Assembly: GCA_964512105.1 (NCBI GenBank)
Contig: CAZEGI010000002.1
Span: 15,125 to 79,124, forward strand
Direction: 5' to 3'
From: an uncultured archaeon
Lineage (GTDB): Archaea > Altiarchaeota > Altiarchaeia > IMC4 > CAZEGI01
DNA length: 64,000 nucleotides
Both the position numbers and the translations under genes were made by a program. Positions within the stretch are counted from its first letter, which is position 1; the number at the start of each line of letters is the position of its first letter. The notes under the pieces were generated by a model. That model was not told where the DNA came from. It searched no databases and saw nothing but the letters and a program-made list of their open reading frames with translations. Shown one piece after another: positions 8,653 through 16,617 of the stretch.

Positions 8653-9342
8653 ATGCGGTGTTGTGCGTTATTCTCCGGCGGGAAGGACAGCGTCATGGCG
8701 TTGTACAAGTCCATGAAGCAAAACGAAATCAGCGTTTTGCTATCCATAATTCCAGAACGCGACGACAGCTACATGTATCATGTCCCCAACATAACACTCA
8801 CAAAACATTCCGCGGAGGCAATCGGAATTCCGATTGTCATGGAAAAAACCTCCGGAAAACCACCAGAAGAAAACCTTGACCTGAAAAAAGCGCTGGAAAA
8901 AATAAAGAAAAAATACAAAATTGATGCCGTGGTTGCCGGTGCCGTGGGGTCGAATTATCAGTACAATATTGTGAAAAAAATCTGCGATAAGTTGGGATTG
9001 AAAGTTATCACTCCTTACTGGCAGAAAAGTCACGAGGAACTTATAAAGGAAGCCATAACTGCGGGATTCGAAATAATCATCGTCGGGGTTTATGCCCACG
9101 GCTTGGATGATTCGTGGCTTGGAAGAAAACTTGACCTTGATGCACTGGCTGAACTGAAAAACCTAAACCGGAAGTTCGGGATAAACATCGGCGGCGAGGG
9201 CGGTGAATACGAAACTCTCGTTCTGGATGGTCCGATATTCAAAAAACGCATGGAAATAGTTGAGAGCAGCAGGAGGTGGGACGGCGTGCGCGGGGAATTG
9301 ATTATCAAAAATATAAAATTAATTAACAAAAATAAATTATAA
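8653..9342 (+). CDS. PP-loop ATPase of the MJ0570/diphthine-ammonia ligase (Dph6) family
   Basis: ALFSGGKDS PP-loop and GGEGGEYETLVLD motif. Confidence 0.75.
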   Translation: MRCCALFSGGKDSVMALYKSMKQNEISVLLSIIPERDDSYMYHVPNITLTKHSAEAIGIPIVMEKTSGKPPEENLDLKKALEKIKKKYKIDAVVAGAVGSNYQYNIVKKICDKLGLKVITPYWQKSHEELIKEAITAGFEIIIVGVYAHGLDDSWLGRKLDLDALAELKNLNRKFGINIGGEGGEYETLVLDGPIFKKRMEIVESSRRWDGVRGELIIKNIKLINKNKL

Positions 9343-9644
9343 TGAATATGAAAATAAAATTTTTTTTGTTGCTGGTAGTGTTATTCGTGAGCGGATGCCT
9401 GACGTGCGTCCCAAAGATAGATTTTTCAACGTGCGAGAACGCCACAACCGATATCGCCAAGTCGAACTGCTACGCCGCAGGCATGGATAAGGTCGAATGC
9501 ATGTCCACATGCGACGGGATTCCGGACGAATATTGGCGGGACAGATGCTACCTGAATCTTGCGAAGAACCAGAAAAGCGTGAAAATCTGCGAGAACATAC
9601 AGAACAAAAACATACTGAAGGAATGCGTTGAAGAGGTTTATTGA
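9342..9644 (+). CDS. Secreted/lipoprotein-like Cys-rich small protein, hypothetical
   Basis: N-terminal signal peptide MKIKFFLLLVVLFVSGC (lipobox-like). 10 Cys in the mature part. Confidence 0.45.
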   Translation: MNMKIKFFLLLVVLFVSGCLTCVPKIDFSTCENATTDIAKSNCYAAGMDKVECMSTCDGIPDEYWRDRCYLNLAKNQKSVKICENIQNKNILKECVEEVY

Positions 9645-9865
9645 GCTACTACTACTGCGGCCTCTTTTTTCCTTTCCCTCTCCTGGATTTTCATGACCCT
9701 CGTGATGTAACCCGCGATTTTGTTCCGGATAGGCTTGCTTCTAACGTCGCAGAGCTCGTCAACCTGTTTTTTGTTCTTGTCGAAATCCGTGCCGAACTCC
9801 TTTCCGTAGTCCTCCACGAGTTTTTCAGCAATCCTCTTGATGTACGTTTGTTTTATCCTTCCCAT
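9638..9865 (-). CDS. rps17e: Ribosomal protein S17e (eS17)
   Basis: MGRIKQTYIKRIAEKLVE N-terminus is characteristic of S17e. Confidence 0.85.
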   Translation of the reverse strand: MGRIKQTYIKRIAEKLVEDYGKEFGTDFDKNKKQVDELCDVRSKPIRNKIAGYITRVMKIQERERKKEAAVVVAQ

Positions 9866-9897
9866 CTTGAATGAGTTTAGTATTTACACACATAGAT

Positions 9898-10788
9898 TTA
9901 AAAATACTCCCCGTGCAACAGCGAACGTGCTATGTCGTTTCCTACGCCCGCGGAAAAACCGGAAAGTATCTCCTCAAGGGATTTTTTGAGTTTTATCTCC
10001 TTCAGTTTAGGTTCGCCCTCGACACCGCCAAGCTCCGCAGCGATCTTGATTGCATCCTCTCTCGTCCCAAGATAATCCACGAGCCCCAAGCTGAACGCCT
10101 TAGCCCCGATGTATATGCTGCCGTCCGAAATGTTTCTCACGTACCTCACGGATAAATTGCGGTTGACTGCTATATCTGTTACAAGGTCGTTATAGACGGA
10201 ATCCACCATCTCCTGCAATTCGGTTTTTTCCTCGTCGGTTGCTGGTCTGTACGGGCTTCCAATATCCTTGCTCTTTCCGGCCTTTATGACAGTCATGTTT
10301 ATCCCGATTTTTTCCATAAGACCATAGTAGTGCTGCATCGTCATAATTACCCCGATGCTACCCATAATCGAGTTCCTGTCAGCAACTATCCGGTCCGCAC
10401 CAGTCGCGGCGTAGTAAGCGCCGGAAGCTCCGGTTTCACCTATCCATGCGACCACGGGTTTTTTGCAGTTTCGTATGGAATCCATCAGCTCCCTGCTCGC
10501 AACGACAGAACCGCCACCGCTGCTTATCTCAAGCACGATTGCCTTTATCGCGTCGTCCTCAACCGCGAGGTCGAGTTTCTTTTTTATGTCTCCAACATCC
10601 GCACAGCTCGGACTTTCAAACAAACCGGCCGGACAACCCTCAAGCGTTATCTCCCCGTAAACGGGAATTATCGCGATATTTGCTCCAAATTCGGGCAGCC
10701 TGAACGAGAGTAGAGCGAGCGCTATAATCGCCAAGGCCAAAATTGCGAATATCCCTGAAACTATTAAAATTTTGTGTTTGGTTTTCAT
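9898..10788 (-). CDS. sppA: Signal peptide peptidase SppA (S49 family). The start was moved to the internal Met MKTKHKILIV because the longer ORF runs into the tRNA fragment and hairpin.
   Basis: N-terminal TM helix, then the crotonase/ClpP-like peptidase core (VLEISSGGGSVVAS, GASGAYYAATGADRIVA). Confidence 0.85.
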   Translation of the reverse strand: MKTKHKILIVSGIFAILALAIIALALLSFRLPEFGANIAIIPVYGEITLEGCPAGLFESPSCADVGDIKKKLDLAVEDDAIKAIVLEISSGGGSVVASRELMDSIRNCKKPVVAWIGETGASGAYYAATGADRIVADRNSIMGSIGVIMTMQHYYGLMEKIGINMTVIKAGKSKDIGSPYRPATDEEKTELQEMVDSVYNDLVTDIAVNRNLSVRYVRNISDGSIYIGAKAFSLGLVDYLGTREDAIKIAAELGGVEGEPKLKEIKLKKSLEEILSGFSAGVGNDIARSLLHGEYF

Positions 10789-10808
10789 TTTCTTTCTTTT
10801 CGTAAACG

Positions 10809-10837
10809 TTTTCTTTCTTTTTCTAAAAGAAAGAAAA
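10809..10837. repeat. Perfect 13-bp-stem hairpin ttttctttctttt-tct-aaaagaaagaaaa, directly abutting a tRNA-Gly 3' fragment
   Basis: Inverted repeat read directly from the sequence. Confidence 0.8.
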
Positions 10838-10840
10838 GGT

Positions 10841-10861
10841 TTGCGGCTGCCGGGATCCGAA
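10841..10861 (-). other. 21-nt fragment identical or near-identical to the 3' end of tRNA-Gly (ttgcggctgccgggatCcgaa versus ttgcggctgccgggatTcgaa in the intact gene). Pseudo-tRNA or att-like remnant.
   Basis: Direct comparison with the intact tRNA at 11019-11093. The T-arm cannot close, so it is not a functional tRNA. Confidence 0.6.
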
Positions 10862-10988
10862 ATAAGGGACTTGCAGTCCCTAATTACGACCAACGGTCGT
10901 AATTTGTCACGAATCTTCGATTCGATAACATATCAACCCTAGGCCACGTCAAGGTCATCGAGCAAACGAAGTTTGCGAAGATGGCCTA

Positions 10989-11018
10989 TGTTTTGATAAA
11001 ACTTTTGTTAAAAGTTTT
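10989..11018. repeat. Palindromic element, copy 1 (tgttttgataaaacttttgttaaaagtttt; 9-bp stem, loop gtt), directly abutting the 3' end of tRNA-Gly. Possible terminator.
   Basis: Perfect inverted repeat aaaactttt/aaaagtttt. Related copies at 11291-11320 and 47918-47945. Confidence 0.7.
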
Positions 11019-11093
11019 TGCGGCTGCCGGGATTCGAACCCGGGTCGCAAGATTGGCAATCTCGAGTGATAGACCAGACTACACTACAGCCGC
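11019..11093 (-). tRNA. tRNA-Gly (anticodon GCC)
   Basis: Reverse complement GCGGCTGTAGTGTAGTCTGGTCTATCACTCGAGATTGCCAATCTTGCGACCCGGGTTCGAATCCCGGCAGCCGCA folds as a cloverleaf. 7-bp acceptor stem, GTTCGAATC T-loop, anticodon loop TTGCCAA. Confidence 0.85.
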
Positions 11094-11164
11094 TTCAACT
11101 TTTTTCATCCACTCCTGCAGCGGAGTTTCACAAGTTTTTGTTTTTTTCTTTTTAGGGTGAAACA

Positions 11165-11227
11165 CTTTTTCTTTTTTTAAAAGAAAAAGGGCTCCTTGAG
11201 TGATAGACCAGACTACACTACAGCCGC
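11165..11227. repeat. Hairpin ctttttctttt-ttt-aaaagaaaaag (11165-11189), followed at 11198-11227 by a 30-nt exact copy of the tRNA-Gly 5' half (gagtgatagaccagactacactacagccgc)
   Basis: Exact 30/30 match to 11064-11093. Confidence 0.75.
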
Positions 11228-11290
11228 ATTTGTCTTTCCCGTTGTATCTGCCGTAGTTGAGGTGCATTAAGCCATTAGCTTAATGCGCCG

Positions 11291-11335
11291 TGTTTTGATC
11301 AACCTTTTGTTAAAAGGTTGCTACACTACAGCCGC
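11291..11335. repeat. Palindromic element, copy 2 (tgttttgatcaaccttttgttaaaaggttg), followed by a 15-nt copy of the tRNA-Gly 5' end (ctacactacagccgc)
   Basis: Inverted repeat caacctttt/aaaaggttg. 15/15 match to 11079-11093 and the same following ttc. Confidence 0.7.
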
Positions 11336-11416
11336 TTCCTTATCCTCGCTGAAGAGAATATATTTTTGTTACTTAACTTAAATATTCAATACAAGAATAC
11401 ATATAGGAAATAAAAA

Positions 11417-12385
11417 ATGTACCCCCTGCTATTTATATTCGCGGTTTCGTTCATGACCACTTTTTTGACCATGCTTTGGCTCATCCCAAAACTTGAGAGG
11501 GCAGGGATAGTGGGCAGGGACGTGAATAAACCAAACCAACCAGAAGTTCCGGAGATGGGTGGGTTCGGCATTATAGGCGGGCTTTGCATAGGCGTGTTGG
11601 TCGCTATTGGTATGCATACGCTTCTCGGCTGGTTTGAGGACATACACCTGACCTACCTGCTTGCGGCCCTGGTAACGATACTTCTCATGTCGCTCATCGG
11701 AATTTTCGACGACCTGTTTGCAATGCATCAGGCTGTTAAGGCGACACTGCCGTTGCTTGCCGCACTCCCGCTCATGGCGGTAAACGTTGGCGTGAAGAGC
11801 ATGGGCATACCATTCGTCGGCGAGGTTTATCTTGGCATTCTCTATCCTCTGATCCTGATACCGTTGGGCATCGCGGGCGCATCGAATGTAACGAACATGC
11901 TTGCAGGGTTCAACGGACTTGAGGCGGGAATGGGTCTCGTTGCGTGTTCCACGCTTAGTATCATAGCGTTCAAGATTGGGCGTACTGATGCACTGGTGAT
12001 ACTAATCCCCATGGTTGCGGCATTACTCGCTTTTCTTTTTTACAACAGGTATCCATCAAAGGTTCTCATCGGGGACATAGGGACATTGAGTATAGGGGCA
12101 GTTATTGCATCATCCGTAATCATAGGAAACTTCGAGTTTGCGGGAATAATCCTGATAATCCCGTACGCATTCGATTTCGTGATAAAGGCAGTTAACGGGT
12201 TCCCGAGCAAGGGTTGGTGGGGGCGCTACGAGAATGGAAAACTTTACCCGCTCGGCAAAAAACCCGTGGGTCTGTGCCAAACCGTAATGTATCTGTTCGG
12301 GGGCGTAAGTGAGCGGAAGCTGGTGCTGACACTCATGGGTCTTGAGGTTCTGTTCGGCGTTCTTGCGCTTCTTATATTTATGTAA
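11417..12385 (+). CDS. UDP-GlcNAc:dolichyl-phosphate GlcNAc-1-phosphate transferase (AglH/GPT; MraY/WecA GT4 superfamily)
   Basis: Multi-TM protein with DDxxD-like FDDLFAMHQ and NVTNMLAGFNGLEAG motifs typical of the polyprenyl-phosphate HexNAc-1-P transferase family. Confidence 0.85.
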   Translation: MYPLLFIFAVSFMTTFLTMLWLIPKLERAGIVGRDVNKPNQPEVPEMGGFGIIGGLCIGVLVAIGMHTLLGWFEDIHLTYLLAALVTILLMSLIGIFDDLFAMHQAVKATLPLLAALPLMAVNVGVKSMGIPFVGEVYLGILYPLILIPLGIAGASNVTNMLAGFNGLEAGMGLVACSTLSIIAFKIGRTDALVILIPMVAALLAFLFYNRYPSKVLIGDIGTLSIGAVIASSVIIGNFEFAGIILIIPYAFDFVIKAVNGFPSKGWWGRYENGKLYPLGKKPVGLCQTVMYLFGGVSERKLVLTLMGLEVLFGVLALLIFM

Positions 12386-12400
12386 AACCCATTATGAAGT

Positions 12401-13531
12401 ATGGATTTAGCGGTAGTGCATCCCTTCCTTTATGTTCGTGGCGGGGCAGAGAAGGTTGTATTGAAAGTTGCGCAGCACTTTGATGCGAAGGTGTATTGCG
12501 TTGTTTACGAACCGGACAACACGTTTCCTGAATTCAAGGACGTGGATGTGCAGGTTTTGAGAACAAAGGTTTTACGCATGGTCCCAGGTTTTTTTGAGCG
12601 CAGATTAAGGGAAGCCATAATATCTGCCTATACGTTCTACAACGCAAAACTCGGCGATTATGATGTCATAAACGCGCAGGGAACGCCATCCGAGTGGATA
12701 AGAAACAAAAACAGCCCGGTCGTGTGGTATGTGCATTCCCCCAACAGAGAGGCGTTCGATTTGTACGATTACAGGATGAGACAGAAAAACATGGTGCAGA
12801 GGATGCTGTATTGGGCATCCATAAAACCGTACCGCACCATAGAACCGAAAATCGTTCCGAGGATAGAGCACATATTCGCAAACAGCAGGAACACGCAGGG
12901 AAGGCTGAAGCGATATCTTGGTGTGGACTCGGAAGTTTTGAACCCATGCGTGGATTATGAAAGGTTTTACTGTGGCGATTACCAGAAATATTTCCTCTAC
13001 CCCTCGAGGATAATCCCCGAGAAGAGATTTGAGTTTGCCATAAAAGCGTTCAAGGAGTTCAAGAAGAAAAATCCTGGCTGGAAACTCGTGATAACAGGTT
13101 CCTTGATAAGGAGCAGGAAAAACCACGTGGAATACTACCAAAGGATAAAGGAGATGCTCGGGGATGATGGGGACATCCTCCTTGACGTAAGTGATGAAAA
13201 ATTAAGGGAACTCTACTCAAATTGTTATTCCGTGCTGTATACGCCAATAGACGAGGACTTCGGCATTGTTCCGCTGGAAGGATTTGCAAGCTACAAGCCG
13301 TGCATTGCTGTGAACGAGGGCGGTCCAAGGGAAGTGGTTGTTGATGGTAAAACAGGTTACCTTGTTAACTCTGAGGATGAGATGACAAGGAGGATGAATA
13401 CACTCGCAGGCGACAGAAATCTCACGGAAAAAATGGGCAGGGACGCGAGGAGGCATGTGGAGAAGAATTATTCATGGAACAGGTTCATGGAGAAATTTGA
13501 GGATGTTTGCAGTAAGTTAAAGTCGAATTGA
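12401..13531 (+). CDS. Glycosyltransferase, GT-B fold, GT4 family
   Basis: C-terminal EDFGIVPLEGFASYKPCIAVNEGGPREVV (EX7E-like) motif. Confidence 0.85.
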   Translation: MDLAVVHPFLYVRGGAEKVVLKVAQHFDAKVYCVVYEPDNTFPEFKDVDVQVLRTKVLRMVPGFFERRLREAIISAYTFYNAKLGDYDVINAQGTPSEWIRNKNSPVVWYVHSPNREAFDLYDYRMRQKNMVQRMLYWASIKPYRTIEPKIVPRIEHIFANSRNTQGRLKRYLGVDSEVLNPCVDYERFYCGDYQKYFLYPSRIIPEKRFEFAIKAFKEFKKKNPGWKLVITGSLIRSRKNHVEYYQRIKEMLGDDGDILLDVSDEKLRELYSNCYSVLYTPIDEDFGIVPLEGFASYKPCIAVNEGGPREVVVDGKTGYLVNSEDEMTRRMNTLAGDRNLTEKMGRDARRHVEKNYSWNRFMEKFEDVCSKLKSN

Positions 13532-14650
13532 ATCGAACACACGCAACGTATCGCTAACAACCCTATCCCATGAGTGGTTCTCAGCAGTTTTTCTTGCGTT
13601 TTTACCCATCGCCCTCATGAGTTCCTTATCGCTCAAAAGTGTTTCGATTTTTTCCCTTAGCTCTTCAATATCGTCCGGATTTTTCAGAAGCAAGCAGTCC
13701 TCCCTGCCCTGCATTATCTCGGCAGCACCTGCGATTCTGCTTGTAATTACCGGCATGCCTGTTGCCATTGCCTCCAGTATCACCAGACCGAAGGGTTCGT
13801 AAACGGTCGGAAAAACAAAGATATCGGATGCCGCATAAAATTCCCTAACACTTCTTGAGTGTCCGGAAAATATCACCCTATTTCCCACACCTAGTTCATT
13901 TGCAATTTTTTTGTACGGTTCTGGATTGTCATTACCGACAACAAGAACATTGACGTTTTTTGGCAGATCTCTAGTCGCCCGTATTACGTACTCAAGACCC
14001 TTCCTTCTGAATTCGTTGGCCACAAAGAGTAGGACTGTATCATCTTCGTTTAAACCGTAGTATTGCCTAATCTTTTTTCTGAACTTGATTTTGTTTGAAG
14101 GGTTGAACTCATCCAAATTCACCCCGTTATAAACAACAGCTATCCTGTCCTCGGGGACGTTATAACAACCAAGAATCTCTTTTTTTACAACTTCCGAAAT
14201 CGCTATTATCCTCCTGCTACCCCTCTCCAAAACATATCTTTCTATAAGAAAGACTATGTTGCTCGTTGGTTCAAAGGTTTTAAGCAATCTGTATCCCCAA
14301 CCTCGCTCACGCTTAAATTGCTTCACGACGGCCTTATGACAGCTGTGCATAACCACGACATCCGCCGTAAATGACTCGGAACCCTGGCTGTAGGTCACGT
14401 CGAACTTGTACTTGCCTTTCAACCATTTCACGGCTAGCGTGTTTTTTATTGCGTTCAAAAATATTTGGACAAAAAAAGGCCATCTTGGGAGGGGAAATTT
14501 ATGCACGTTCACTCCATCAATCTTGTAATCATACCACGTGGTTATAAGATGCACCTCGTGCTTCCTCACAAATCGTTCGGTCACTTCCGAAACGTAGCGT
14601 TCGATTCCACCAACCCGGTTGAACCTCCTGAGGACTACCGCAATTTTCAT
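13517..14650 (-). CDS. Glycosyltransferase, GT4 family
   Basis: EPFGLVILEAMATGMPVITSRIAGAAEIM motif. Confidence 0.85.
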   Translation of the reverse strand: MKIAVVLRRFNRVGGIERYVSEVTERFVRKHEVHLITTWYDYKIDGVNVHKFPLPRWPFFVQIFLNAIKNTLAVKWLKGKYKFDVTYSQGSESFTADVVVMHSCHKAVVKQFKRERGWGYRLLKTFEPTSNIVFLIERYVLERGSRRIIAISEVVKKEILGCYNVPEDRIAVVYNGVNLDEFNPSNKIKFRKKIRQYYGLNEDDTVLLFVANEFRRKGLEYVIRATRDLPKNVNVLVVGNDNPEPYKKIANELGVGNRVIFSGHSRSVREFYAASDIFVFPTVYEPFGLVILEAMATGMPVITSRIAGAAEIMQGREDCLLLKNPDDIEELREKIETLLSDKELMRAMGKNARKTAENHSWDRVVSDTLRVFDSIRL

Positions 14651-15552
14651 GGTTTACTAACGGTTTGTTTTTTGTGTGTCGCTCTACTAAAAAATCTTTT
14701 CAGGAACCAAATCTTAGCTTTCAATATACCCCTTATTTCGTAGGGTCTTCCCTTCGCCAAACACAGAACCGAAAGTCTCATGGTGTGCAGAAAATCCAGA
14801 AACAGATACGCCAACATATTGAACTTATGCTTTTCCGCAACGAGCAGTATGTTCCTCTCCCCGAGAAATCGCCCCCTTTCGGACATCTTGTCCATGGTCA
14901 CGTGACACTTGTGCCACATCACCGCTTTTGGTGCATAAATCACGCGATATCCTGCCTCTCTGGCACGAAGAGAAAGGTCCAGGTCCTCGTAATAGATGAA
15001 GAAAAAAGGGTCGAACAATCCGATTTTTTTTGCCATGCTTTTCCTTATCATCAGTGCGCATCCCGTAACAAAGTCGACATCCCTGATTTTGTCGTGCTGT
15101 CCGACATCCTTCTCGTTAAAACCGTAATGCGTTGTTCCATACGTTTTGAGTTTTCCGCCGGCAAACCATATCACATTCCGCCGGTCATAGAAGTATATCT
15201 TCGGGCCGAGAATGGCAATTTTATCGTCAGACTCCGCTACTTTAACCAGTTCGTTTATCATGTTCTCATCCACAACTGTGTCGTTGTTGAGGAACAGCAG
15301 ATAATCACCGGTTGCATGTCTTGCCCCGATGTTGTTTCCTTCCGCAAATCCAAGATTTTCTTTGTTCTGGATGAGCTTCAATTCGGGAAATTTCTCTTTG
15401 ATGATTTTTTGCGTCCCGTCAGTTGAGCCGTTATCCACGACAATTATCTCAAGGTTCGGGTATTCAAGCCTCCTCAGCGAATCAAGACATTCGAGCACAT
15501 GTCTCTTCTCGTTCCATGTAAGCACGATTATCGAAACCCTCGGTTTATCCAT
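14647..15552 (-). CDS. Glycosyltransferase, GT2 family (GT-A fold)
   Basis: N-terminal SIIVLTWNE ... VVDNGSTDGT. DxD in YYEDLDLS. Confidence 0.85.
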   Translation of the reverse strand: MDKPRVSIIVLTWNEKRHVLECLDSLRRLEYPNLEIIVVDNGSTDGTQKIIKEKFPELKLIQNKENLGFAEGNNIGARHATGDYLLFLNNDTVVDENMINELVKVAESDDKIAILGPKIYFYDRRNVIWFAGGKLKTYGTTHYGFNEKDVGQHDKIRDVDFVTGCALMIRKSMAKKIGLFDPFFFIYYEDLDLSLRAREAGYRVIYAPKAVMWHKCHVTMDKMSERGRFLGERNILLVAEKHKFNMLAYLFLDFLHTMRLSVLCLAKGRPYEIRGILKAKIWFLKRFFSRATHKKQTVSKP

Positions 15553-16600
15553 TCTTCACTTCCAAAAATTTTGCAAGCCTGTTTGACAAAACATTCCAGT
15601 CGTACTCTCTCACGACTTTTTCCCTCGCACGCTTCGCCTTTCTCTGAGCGTCATCCGGATTTTCCATTATCCTGTTTATGCACTCCGCAATCCTTTCCGG
15701 CTCAGGCGAAACAATATAACCCGCAAGCCCGCCATCCAGAATCTCTTTGATTTCGCCGGTGTCAGTCGCTATGATGGGCTTTTCCATCGCCATGTATTCA
15801 AATACCTTCATGTTGCTCGCGTACTCCAGACTTTCGAGTTTCGGGAAAGTGGCTATCAATGCATCCGCCCCCGACATCACCTCCGGCATTTTCTCATGCC
15901 CGACAGGACCGTAAAATTTGACGTTCTTGGGAGCTGTTTTTTTGAGTTCATCCGTGTTGCCCGGACCGACGACAATAAGTTCTGCCTCGTTCACGTGCCT
16001 CATCGCTTCGATTACCGGTTTGACCTGCTCCCGCTTGTACAGCGTCCCGGCATACATCACAGTGAAAATTCCGGAAGTTTTTTTTGCACTGGGTCTGAAA
16101 AAATCCGTATCCGCCCCATTAGGGATGTAAACAATTTTCTTTTTGTGGTTTTCCGGCACGAATTTCAGTATTTTTTTGTTTGAAATTATAACCGCACTGG
16201 AAACTGAAATCGCGATTCTCGATAAAATTCTTGATACAATAACATGGTAAAACGGGGCGTTGTTGTCCCTCAGCGTTGCGGGGTCCCATTCGTCGCAGTC
16301 GAAAACCAGGCCGCATCTGTGCAGGATTCTGTACACTAGCGCGGGTAGCATCGAATACGGATTCGGCTTCAGGAAATATACCATGTCCGGTTTTATCTCT
16401 CTCAGCCTGTTGTAAACCTCAACAAAATACAGCGGATTTTTCTTTCCGCGTTTTACGGTTATCACATCCACATTCTCGGTTCTGCCATAGCGGTCCGTGT
16501 ACGGCATCACGTATCCTCTCTCCTTAAATCTTTTGCCGAGCATGTAGGCACGCCTCGAGCTTGCCGCGGGCAGTGAGAAAGGTGAAATAAACAGAATCAT
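15545..16600 (-). CDS. Glycosyltransferase, GT4 family
   Basis: GT-B architecture. C-terminal ESLEYASNMKVFEYMAMEKPIIATDTGEIKEIL. Confidence 0.8.
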   Translation of the reverse strand: MILFISPFSLPAASSRRAYMLGKRFKERGYVMPYTDRYGRTENVDVITVKRGKKNPLYFVEVYNRLREIKPDMVYFLKPNPYSMLPALVYRILHRCGLVFDCDEWDPATLRDNNAPFYHVIVSRILSRIAISVSSAVIISNKKILKFVPENHKKKIVYIPNGADTDFFRPSAKKTSGIFTVMYAGTLYKREQVKPVIEAMRHVNEAELIVVGPGNTDELKKTAPKNVKFYGPVGHEKMPEVMSGADALIATFPKLESLEYASNMKVFEYMAMEKPIIATDTGEIKEILDGGLAGYIVSPEPERIAECINRIMENPDDAQRKAKRAREKVVREYDWNVLSNRLAKFLEVKNG

Positions 16601-16617
16601 ACAATTTTATTAACCGG

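Noticed and set aside
11079-11267. 62-aa ORF overlapping the tRNA-Gly and hairpin region
   Set aside because: It runs antisense through a tRNA gene and repeat hairpins. This is an artefact of the repeat-rich non-coding region.
12605-13141. 178-aa antisense ORF within the GT4 gene 12401-13531
   Set aside because: Shadow ORF. The sense strand has a clear GT-B C-terminal motif.
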